Made by a program: the position numbers and the translations under genes. The notes under the pieces were generated by a model that searched no databases, had not been told where the DNA came from, and saw only the letters and a list, made by a program, of their open reading frames with translations. DNA of 31,040 nucleotides. Source: a virus. Lineage: Duplodnaviria; Caudoviricetes. Shown here in pieces: positions 1-10,800 of the stretch (position 1 is the first letter of the stretch; each line of letters opens with the position of its first letter). The stretch spans positions 1-31,040 of IMG/VR virus record IMGVR_UViG_3300017716_001892, one strand, 5' to 3'.

Positions 1-78
1 GGATATGACGAGGCAATTAAAACACTAACAGAAAAAGCAAAAAATGACAATACAGAGCTGGAACAACCAATGGATTAA
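1..78 (+). CDS. 3' end of an upstream hypothetical protein (partial), overlapping the nrdA start
   Basis: Frame 1 is open from base 1 (GYDEAIKTLTEKAKNDNTELEQPMD) to TAA at 76-78, overlapping the nrdA ATG at 44. Confidence 0.5.
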   Translation, partial: GYDEAIKTLTEKAKNDNTELEQPMD

Positions 79-1774
79 AGGAACAGAATATCCTGACTGG
101 GGTGATACAGATGTATATAAGAAAACAATTGCGGGTGGGTATTTGCTATTAGGCGAAACCCCCCGTGATGCTTATTGGCGGGTAGCATCAACTGTTGCCC
201 GTCGCTTATATAAGCCAGAGCTAACACAGCAATTCTTTGATTACATTTGGAATGGTTGGTTGTGCTTGGCTTCGCCTGTACTATCTAATACCGGTACAGA
301 TCGTGGATTACCAATCAGTTGTTTTGGTATTGACGTTGCTGATAGTATTCAGGATATTGGAACAAAAAATTTAGAGATGATGCTACTCGCTAAGCACGGC
401 GGTGGAGTAGGTATTGGTGTAAATCAAATTAGACCCGCTGGCGCAAAAATTACAGGAAATGGAACATCCGACGGAGTCGTACCTTTTTGTAAAATCTATG
501 ACTCAACAATCCTTGCAACTAATCAAGGATCTGTTAGACGAGGAGCAGCCTCAGTTAACATCAACATTGAACACCCTGATTTCGAAGAGTGGCTTGACAT
601 CAGAGAGCCTAAAGGAGACGTCAATAGACAGTCGCTTAATTTACATCAATGCGCAGTTGTTGGTGATAAGTTTATGCGAAAGCTTGAACAAGGAGATCCA
701 AAAGCTAGGGATCGATGGAGTAAACTTATTAGAAAGCGAAAAGCAACTGGAGAGCCGTATATTCTGTTTAAAGGAAACACTAATAAAAACAATCCACCGG
801 CATACAAATCGAATGGCCTAAAAGTTCATATGACGAACATCTGTAGTGAAATTACTTTACACACAGATGAAAATCATAGTTTTGTTTGTTGCTTATCATC
901 ATTAAATTTAGCAAAATATGAAGAATGGAAAGACACCAACCTCATTTACGACTCAATATGGTTCCTCGACGGAGTCATGGAAGAGTTTATACAGAGAGCA
1001 AAAGGATTGCGTGGATTTGAAAACGCAGTTAGATCCGCAACAAAAGGCAGACCTCTTGGGCTCGGCGTACTTGGGTGGCATACATACTTGCAGGAAAAAG
1101 GATTGCCGTTCGAGGGGTTGCTGGCGCAGTATGAAACAAGAAAAATATTTAGTCAGATTAAAATTGAAAGTGAAAGAGCAAGTCATGCGCTGGCAGAAGT
1201 ATATGGAGAACCACTTTGGTGTATTGGTACTGGGCTACGTAATACTCATCTTCGCGCTATCGCTCCTACTGTATCTAATTCCAAGCTTTCTGGTAATGTT
1301 TCTTCAGGGATAGAACCTTGGGCAGCAAATGTATTCACAGAGCAATCTGCTAAGGGTACATTTATTCGTAAGAATCCAACGCTTGAAAAAGTTCTTACTT
1401 GTTATGGCCTAAATACAGATGATATTTGGGACCAGATCCTACGTGATGGCGGATCAGTGCAGGATATAAAAGAATTGGATGACAAATTTTTTATGAATGA
1501 CATCACTGTCAAAGAAGTGTTTAAGACTTTCAAAGAGATTAATCAATTGGAACTTATCAACCAAGCGGGCATACGTCAGCAATATATTGATCAGTCCGTT
1601 AGTTTGAATCTTGCATTCCCAAGCGAAGCATCTCCTAAATGGATTAATAAAGTTCATATGGATGCATGGAAGAAGGGAATCAAAACTTTGTATTATATGC
1701 GCACTGAGTCTGTACTACGTGGCGATATTGCTGCTAAAGCTATGGACGAAAGTTGTTTGTCGTGTGATGGATAA
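44..1774 (+). CDS. nrdA: Ribonucleoside-diphosphate reductase class Ia alpha (large) subunit, no N-terminal ATP-cone
   Basis: 576 aa. Motifs: ASPVLSN, ISCF (redox Cys), GGGVG, QGSVRRGA, TNICSEI (Asn/thiyl Cys/Glu), VCCLSSLNL, GLGVLG, IAPTVSNS, GIEP, QQYIDQSVSLN, the tyrosine pair in KTLYYMR, and C-terminal CLSCDG. Confidence 0.96.
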   Translation: MTIQSWNNQWIKGTEYPDWGDTDVYKKTIAGGYLLLGETPRDAYWRVASTVARRLYKPELTQQFFDYIWNGWLCLASPVLSNTGTDRGLPISCFGIDVADSIQDIGTKNLEMMLLAKHGGGVGIGVNQIRPAGAKITGNGTSDGVVPFCKIYDSTILATNQGSVRRGAASVNINIEHPDFEEWLDIREPKGDVNRQSLNLHQCAVVGDKFMRKLEQGDPKARDRWSKLIRKRKATGEPYILFKGNTNKNNPPAYKSNGLKVHMTNICSEITLHTDENHSFVCCLSSLNLAKYEEWKDTNLIYDSIWFLDGVMEEFIQRAKGLRGFENAVRSATKGRPLGLGVLGWHTYLQEKGLPFEGLLAQYETRKIFSQIKIESERASHALAEVYGEPLWCIGTGLRNTHLRAIAPTVSNSKLSGNVSSGIEPWAANVFTEQSAKGTFIRKNPTLEKVLTCYGLNTDDIWDQILRDGGSVQDIKELDDKFFMNDITVKEVFKTFKEINQLELINQAGIRQQYIDQSVSLNLAFPSEASPKWINKVHMDAWKKGIKTLYYMRTESVLRGDIAAKAMDESCLSCDG

Positions 1775-1793
1775 TGTGTATAGCAAACTGAAT

Positions 1794-1833
1794 AAAAGAA
1801 GGGGACCACGTGATGTGAATCCCCTTTCTTTTT
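1794..1833. terminator. Bidirectional intrinsic terminator between convergent nrdA and the structural operon
   Basis: AAAAGAAGGGGA-ccacgtgatgtgaa-TCCCCTTTCTTTTT: an imperfect inverted repeat with an A-rich 5' flank and a T-rich 3' flank, lying between two convergent stop codons. Confidence 0.8.
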
Positions 1834-1873
1834 ACAGGAACTTTTGGGTATGGTGCCCAGTCATATATTGCTC

Positions 1874-4800
1874 CTATTCGTAAAGCTTTTTGCGTTTTTT
1901 AAGCTCTTCTCTTTTTTCTTTAAGTTTCGCTTTGCGATCCTCAATTCTTTTCTTCATCTTGCCTCGCATGTATTCTTTTCTTTCTTCTAATGGCAAAGCT
2001 CTTACATCTTCCTTAGATAATGTAAATTTATCTTTTTTCTTTTCAGTTTTAGCCTCTTCTTTAAGTCCCTCCTGTTCTTCGTTTTCTACTTTTAAACTGT
2101 AAGGACTCCACCCCAACATTAATGCCGTACGTTGCAAAGCTGAATTTCTGTTATCCAATGCTTCAGCTATATTGTTTACTTTTGTTACAATACGATCCGC
2201 TGGTATGTTCGTAGCAGCTGAAATCAGTTTGCCCCCAATCTGGTACGCTGGACTAATATTGAGCTTTCCGTCTATTGTTACACTACCACCCATCTTTGCA
2301 ATAACGTCTTTGTCGTATTTGGCAATATTTATTGCGCTATATACTTTTGCAACTTTAGATCCTATTGGTGGCGATATATTCAACATCTGTAATAATGTTT
2401 TGGCTTGATCACCATTATCTTTATTACTTTGCTCTACATACATACGAATTGTATTTTTTAATACCGTAAGCACAGCTCCTGTTAATCCTGTACCACGTAA
2501 GATTGTATCGCCCATATCATTTACCATTTCAAAAATTTTACTTTCCTCTTTGGCTTTTTGCTCTTCTTTCTTTTTCTTTTGGCTTAGCGTTAGCTCTTCT
2601 TCACCCTCTTCGTCTTCATCAAACATAGTAGCAAATAAAGCTTTTTGCAATGTTGTAAATATTATGTTTTGGATTGCTCCATAATATATTATCTTTCCAA
2701 TATGTGTTTTAGCGTCCCCGCGTCCATTCTTAAGATCTCTAAAGGACTTTTTAATCAATCTATTGTATTGCATACCGGTATTATTAAAAGCCAATACCAT
2801 GCGTCCTAATACGCTTGCTTGTTGTTGAGATATTAAAGCAGGATCAGATGACTGTTGCGTTTCTTCTGTAGTCTTTGTAAAATCCCTCCAAGCTAGTTCT
2901 TCTGCTTTCTCATCGGTGTGTCTTCTAACGGATACTCCGTCTTTTTCAACCATTTCAGCTTTATAAGTGTTGACTCTATTTCTATAAAATGACGCACCCC
3001 CAACCGCAATAGCAAAAGCATCAGCAACTTGAGTAGGTGTAAATCCAATAGTTAACAAATAGTTTTTAACAGCAGCAAGTTTATTTTTTGATGTAGCAGC
3101 CGCATTCGCAATTTCCGCGGCGCTTACGTCTCCTTTTAAGCCCTCGCGTCTTTCATTTATTTCATCAGAACTTATTATCTTTGCAAAATCCGCAGCATAT
3201 TGTTTGAAATTAGCAAAAGCCATAGCGGCAGCAATTGGGTTATTATCTGACATGTTTAGATAATTTATTGCACCTAATGTCTGTAATATTGCTGACTTTG
3301 CATTCAAAAACATGATAACCCCGGTTGAATCATTTACCCAATTTGTCCACAAATTCACAATTCTGCTTGAACCTATACTACGATTAGAACCATTTTTCAT
3401 TCTATATAGTATATCTTCAAGAGCTTCCCTGAATTTAGTGCCATATAGCGCTTCGATTTTGTTCATATTTTGATCAGAAAATATAACCTCAGAGTTTTCA
3501 ATGAACGTTTTTAAGAATTTTTTTCTACCAACCTTCTCGGTTAACTCGTATAGCTCAGACACAATTGTTTTAGAATCCCAGAATTCGCTAGGATCCGTCC
3601 ACCCATCTTGTGCCGGATTTATTGTTTCTAACCCATTAGCAAATTTCTTAAGTTCTGGATCATTATTTACAACTCTAATAAGAACTGTTTTGTCTCTTTT
3701 TGATATGCCAGGTATTTCTTTGCCTTCTTTTTCCCATAAATAAACACGTACAGCTTGATCATATGTAAATTGCTCGTTTGGAATTATTTTTTTCAACTTA
3801 GCCGAAGCATTAGGGAATGCGGCAGACAAGTATTTAAAGTCTTTTTTAAGCGACTGCCTAGCGCTATCGATTGCCCTTACACCTTTCCAATATGGATCGA
3901 TTAAAGTTTTATTAAAAAACTCCATATCTTTTTCTCCTTGAGCGCCTTTGCCTAAGAAATTATATAATAAACCGGCAAAATCTTCAGCTGAAGGCGGAAC
4001 AAAGAATCTAAGCCTACCTTTTTTAGCGCCTTGTCTTTTTGCGGTTATATCAGAATACCGAATAGCAGGGCTTATTCCCTTGTCTCTGGCTATCATAGTA
4101 TTAAACTTAGTGTCTAATGATTTACTAAACTTTATATTACCAGTACCTTCTTGTATTTCTATTGGTTTAATTAAGTTATCCTCAATGAATTTCACCGTGC
4201 CTTTAGCGTCTGCAACAGATTTAAACTCGCCAACAGGGTTACCGTCTGCATAAAGTAAATATGTTTTCTTGTTGTCTCTTATAAGGCCTTCTGTTATTCT
4301 AAGATCAACTCCATTAGATATTTTTTGCGAGATAGGCGAGTCGTAATTAAACAAACTAGTTCTTATATCATTATTTTCTTTACCTAACTTCAATGTTGCA
4401 TTGTAGTTTAATTCAATTTCTTCTTTTAATGATTTTACTTGTTCGCTATTAAACAATCCGCTTTTTGGTTTTGCTTGTTGCGCTCTGCTTTTTATATTCA
4501 AATCAGATAAAGCGGTTTTAACAGCTGCAACATTAGCAAGTTGATCGTCTGCAAAATAGAAATCATTATACCCATCAGCCGCTTTTTGGACTAGCCAATC
4601 TGCTTTTGCTTGGGGTGAAGAATTGCCTAGTCCAGTTATATTTTCAACCGGAATATTTAATCCTAAACTTTTAAGAAACTCGTGTATTGGTCCCGCGGAA
4701 TTAGCCGGTCTTGCTGTCAATATAAATACTTCTCCACTCGTTTTATCACTTATTGTTTTAGCAACATCAAACAAAGGACCTTTTGTTCCCTCTTTAACTT

Positions 4801-7800
4801 GGCTAAAATCACTGAAATCAAATTCGGCACCGTCAGCAGCTAAGTCTCCACCATCTTTTGCAAATTCAGCAGCAGTTAGAATGCCCCGGTAACCGTCTGG
4901 CATTGTATAATATACATTGCTTTTTGTCTGAGCAAGCGTATCATCAAAATCAAATACTCTTATTTTTTTTACTTCGCCGTTATTAGTCATAGACTCCACT
5001 TGCTGTTGAGCTATTGCTTTTATTCCGACTGCTACAGATTTATTAATAGCCTGTAAAAGCGCTTTTTGTTTGTATATTTCACCAAATATGTCTGCAACTT
5101 TTGTTTTTGATCCTACGGTGTCATCTAATATAGATAATGTTCCGTCTTTAACCTGTTCTGTTTTAAATTTCTTTTTTGATTCGGCAGTCAACGTAGGGAA
5201 TGCTCTAAAACCAAATGTAATAATATTATCTTTGTCTGATTTCTTTGCTACCCTAACGGCTAAATTAAAATTATAGTCGCCTAAATATGGTATACCTAGT
5301 TTTTCGCCAAGCCCTTTGTCAATAGCAAGTAGGACACCGTCAATGGTCACTAAGTCTATACCTTTTTCACCATACAGATCCAATACCAAGTTGCCTTGTA
5401 TTTCTCTTGAAAAAGTAGCTTTCCTTTGTATTTTTTCATCTTGCAACCTGTAATATTCATCTTTTGATAATATATAATTACCAGGTCCAGTCTGTTCCGC
5501 ATACGACAAATACTCTTTAAATCCAGGATCGTTTTTTGCAATATCAGAAAAGTTTTCGCCGGTTGACATTGTTATATCCGCGTATATTTTATTTTTATTT
5601 GATTCAGGACTTCTTGGATCTTCAACTGTAAAACTGCTAAACTGAGCATTTTCATTTGCTTTTATTTCCATTTTTAAAACAATTGAACCTTTGCCTTTAC
5701 CAATACCAACTTCTAAGTCTACCTTTGTTGAATCATAAGCGGTTTTTGATGTGCTTAATATTTTTACATCTGCTTTTTCACCTGACTTTGCTTCTATTGA
5801 TTTTTTTATAAAACTAATGTTACTTTTAACAGCGGCTAGCACTTTCTTTTCAGCAACATTAGCGGCTACAGATTCATTAAGTTCTCTTAACTTAGTTAAA
5901 AGTCTAGCCATATGAGGCGTACTTAAGAGTTCTTTTTTGAAATTCTGAATAACTACCCTTCTTTTTTCTCTTTCAGCTGGTTTAGTTAGTTTATTTATTA
6001 GTCTTTCGGCAATATCATTAAACGCTGAATCTTTATCATCAATTATAACTCTTACATCCGCTTTAAATGATCCAGTATTTTTGTCCATGCTATTTTTAAT
6101 TGCATTGTATAACTGGATTGTTTGTCTAGCGCCTAGCGAACTTGAAAATTTAATATTCCCACGTTCTGATTGTCTTTTAAACTCTGCTTCAAGTATATCT
6201 TTTGTAGCTTCAATATGTTTGGCTTGGTTTGCCACGAAAGCATCAGAGATTGGCCCGTCATTTAAGAAGTCATCTATTACGATGTCTAACGACACTTCCT
6301 CACCTATAGCTTTTGATATAGCTTCTTTTCTGCCACGTAGAACTTTACCATCAGGCCCAATAAATTGCCCAATGTATTCTTCATTTGTAACAAAATTATT
6401 TACATTTGGAGTTCTTCTAATTAATAAATGTCCTGATGTTCTGCCGGCTAAATCAGTAGAAGTTGATTCTCTGTCCACATTTTTGCCAACCCATTCCGGA
6501 TATGATAACCATCGACCACCAACGCTTTTTTGAATAGCCTGCGGAATTCCGCCTAATACTTCTTTGCCGTTGTCTTTACCAGCAAGGAAGGTTGTTGTCA
6601 TGTTTTCTAAAACAACTTTCTTAAACTTTAATAGGTTTCTTTTTAATTCGCCTTCCGCAACTACACCTAAGAATTTTTTAATATCAATATCTGCTTGCGA
6701 TCCCATCGCTTCTAGAATATCTTTAATTAAAGGCGACACAGTTCTATTAATTGAAACTGGTTCGTTTATTTTTGATTTTAATACACGTATTTCTCTTGTA
6801 ACTTTATCCTTTATTGAAGTCAATGTTTCTTTATCAAGAATATTTGATTCCAATATGGTAGTGTACTTTGGTTTTTCCGGTAAAGAAGTTCTCATGCCTT
6901 GATCAGCAGTCTCAGAAGCCATTAAGTCTTTTTGCTCTGTAACATCTTTGCTAAATTGATCATCTAATACTCTCCTTGAAGCTGTAATTGCTCTAACCGG
7001 CAAATACTTATTTATATAAGCAGCCAATGGAACACCATCTTTTGGATTATAAGCAATAATTAAATCTAATAATCCGCCTTTACCGGTGTTTATTTCGTCT
7101 TTTAATAATGATCTTTCAAATCCGGGTGCGTCTTTTCTTTTGTCTACAAGTTTATCTACAATAGGTGCGAATAGTTTTATTATTTCGTCAGCTCCGCCAA
7201 CTCCTTTTTTGTTGTAAATTTCTTGTACTTTTTCAGAAGCAATCTTACCTTTATTCTCTAGCATTACTGCTTTTGCTTCGTCTTCTAATGACTCTTCTTT
7301 TTTCTCTTTTTTGACTGGTTTTGTTTCTTTTTTAACCTCTGCTTTAGGCTCTTCTTTAACTACAGGTTTTGGACCTTGCTTTTCTTCTTTAACTAAAGCA
7401 TCCATTTTAGCTTCGTAGGTATCATAATCAATATCATCATTATACAGTTGATCGTCTAGATCATCCATTCTTTGTTGAATTGTTTTGCCTTGCGTTGATG
7501 GTTTTTTTGCAGCCTCAACAGCCATTTGTTTTTCTATAGCATTGGTCTTTTGCTCGTATTCATAATCGTCTATTTCGCCTAGCTCGTATGAATCCTTTAA
7601 ATCGTCAAGCCTTGTTTGTAAAGATTTTGATTGTGCTAATCTTCTAGGTTGAGTTTCTTCGGTTTCATTATCGTCAACTGAAGCGTTTAAACGAGTATTC
7701 TTTATTTTTACATTTCTGCCTTCTTCTTTACGACGTATACCTTCGGAATACGATTTTACAAACTCATATACACTTCTGCCATTAGTAGAGTCTATATCAG

Positions 7801-10800
7801 TTGGATCAAAAGTATTTATATTAAAGAATTTTCCAGAAGCAAGTTTACTAAGATATTCGCCTACTTGACGAAGCACACTTGGACTAGGGGTTTTATCTCT
7901 AAATGCGTCACTTAATGCATTCATAACCTCTTCCCCATAGTCGTATGCTTTTTCGCCGGTCTTTTTGTCTACATAAGCTTTCATTTGTTGCTCAACAATA
8001 ACAAAATATTCTGGATTATATTTTTCTAAATAACTTAATAGGTTCTCGCCCGCTTTGTTGGCGGTTGCACTATCGGTGCCAAATTTATTATAAACAATAT
8101 TATGAAGTAATTCATGCGAAGATGGACTGACTTTGCCATTTTCGGCTGACGCATGCACGTTTACATACATAGCCCCACCTTTTGTAACAAATGCGTTCAT
8201 AGTTCCAGACCGAATATCGGAAAGAGCTTTTTTATACTGTACCGTATTAATATTGCCTTTTTTATATTCCGATTTAACAACCTCATACATTTGAACTCTC
8301 GCGCTAGTTGGCTTTGCATCCGGATTGTTTAAATCAGCTGCTTTATTGTCAACCAATGTTAAAGAATTGTTTATGCCCAATGCTTCCATCATTTTACGTG
8401 TGGCATCGGCATCGGCATTGATTTGCTTTTTGAAATCCTCATTAACAAATAGTTCTGAAGCTTGTGTTTCCAGTTCTTCTTTTGTTAAAGTTTTACCAGC
8501 ATTTAATTCAGCTTGCTCGTAATATTTTCTTTTAGTTTCTTTATCACTAGCAGACCATTTTTTTGCAACCTCCAGCTTTGTTTTGGATAACAGCGCAGCA
8601 GTATACAAATTATATCCCGCATTAACTGAAAAATCAAAATTATCTTTTGTTTTAGTTAATTCTTCACCTACTTGGACTTTTGTTTTTCCAGTAGCGCCTT
8701 GCATAAGTATATTATCTTTTTCTTTATCTAACTCGGTATATTCAGCTTCGTAATGATCTTTTATGCCTTTCAATTCAACCCCTGTTAATCCATCATTTGA
8801 ATACTGCATAGCGGCTTTAGCCATTGCATCATTAATTGCTCTAACGCGCGCGTTTATTTCGCCAACACGATGAGCTTTTTCATAATCCAACGTATTAGCT
8901 AATCTATTCATTGCCGCTTGATCTAACTCACCAACTTTGCCTATCATTTGCAAAACAATATCTTTAACCTCGGCTTTGATTGTAGGATCGTTTTTTATTT
9001 GGTTAGCACTTACATTGTCTCCAACTACTTGACCTGTTATTTGTTTTATTTTGTCTAATAAGGCTTGTCTATCTTGTCTTTCTTGCTTTGTTCTAACCTC
9101 ACTTTGTAAAGCTTGTGTGATTGGGCTAACACTTCCCATTGCGGCAAATCCTGGTCCCATAACCCCACCAGCTAAACTCGCATCTACAACATTGTCAAAC
9201 ATATTCATGGTCTTTTTGCCACGCAAATATATATCACCAAAGTTATTTGTAACTTGAGTAGCTCCTTCTGTAAGACCCTCTTCAGGAATTGAAGTAACAA
9301 ACTGCTTACCTACTTGTTTTAATGTTTTCTTTAAAGTTACTTCGGGCAGGCTTTTTAAAATGTTACCTGTATTTTTTAAAATACTTAATGTACCTAATCT
9401 TTCAAATAATACTTCTGCCCCGCCGCTTAACACCTCAGACGCAATATTTACTCCTTCTGGTATAGCCAGTAATTTTTTATCGTCAAAAATTTGTTGCATG
9501 GCCATTCGTTCGTCATCAGCAGATAATCCGCCTTTAGCCAGTAGCTCTGTGTTTTCTTTTATACGAACAGTTGCATCATATTTTTCTTTTTCTATTTCAA
9601 AACGTTTTTCGCCTATACCACTTAAAAAGAATAAGGGCATTGAAAATTCTCCAGTCAAAGCCATTGCAGCGCTTGACGGGGCTTGTGTTAATACGCTAGC
9701 TGTCCATCTTCCTACGTCTTCTAAGTCAGATATTTCTGATACTTTTAAATCGCGTTGAAAACCTTCTGCTTCTTTTCCTAAATCTGCTTTTACGCCGTAT
9801 ATTGGATCTAAAACATTCCTTTTTAAGAAAGAATAGTTATTAGAAAAAGTATCCTTGCCGCTCAATACTGCACCAGTTGCTGCTAATGCCACAGAACCAA
9901 GTTCAGCAGCCCCATACACAAGACCAGTCGCTGTTGATTTTAATCCTGTTGCAACTTGTTCTAATCTATCATAACTCGCAAACCCGGCTTTCATCTGAGC
10001 CTTCAATGAGTTTACATCCACTCTATTCTGGCTCGCGTATGCAACAAAGTCATCAGTTCTATTCTGCAGCAAAGCAGCTTTGTCCATTAGCTTTTTTCTT
10101 TCAGCGGGATTGCTAGGGTTTTTATTAAACTCCTCTACTTCTATTTTAAAAAAACCTAACTCGTTTTCTAAATCCGTTTGGCCTTTTAAAATTTTATTAT
10201 ATGTTTTTTCGCGGTTTACGTTTATTGCCGTTAAAGCCGTACGTTCTCCAGGCTTTAAGTTTGACATGTATTTAGTTGCCAATAATTCTTTTTCATCCTG
10301 GTTTTTAGCGTGGATAAAATTTTCTAATTCAGATTCGCTAGGCATAGCCATTGGCATACCCGCTTTCCATCTTTTGTAATTTTCATATTGGCCTTCTAAT
10401 TCACCTGTAAAATCTTTTTCTTTTAAAGTTATCTTTTCTCTGTTAGCAATATTAGCGGTGGTGCCCATAGTAAGTCCCCCGCTAGCAACCCCTGTTATAT
10501 CAGGGGTTTCCGCTGCTTTAAATTTATCTTCTAAATCCCCAATATATACTTTCTGTTTTTGTTCTGGAGTCCTGCTTAGCGATTTTACAACAGAATCCAT
10601 TTTGCGCAGTTGCTTACCGTACTTATTAAGCGCCTCAGACGCATAATTTTTATTACCGTATGTTTTTATATAATTGTTTAATTGTTTAGCGCTATTGGCA
10701 AGATCTTCCTTTGATGTTTTAAATACCACACCGCCAACCGGTACAGGCGCAAGATCTGCCGCCATTTCTGTACCACCTTCTACTCCTTGTGTTTTACCTA

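Noticed and set aside
459-1883. Alternative-frame ORFs within nrdA (459-821, 918-1313, 953-1186, 1454-1657, 1611-1883)
   Set aside because: Shadow ORFs overlapping a well-supported gene, with no recognisable motifs.
4935-4955. DFDDT as the DxDxD catalytic motif of a crAss-type virion RNA polymerase
   Set aside because: It lacks the third Asp at the RNAP spacing, and the context (hhhDxDxT plus downstream T, K and DD motifs) is a HAD phosphatase.
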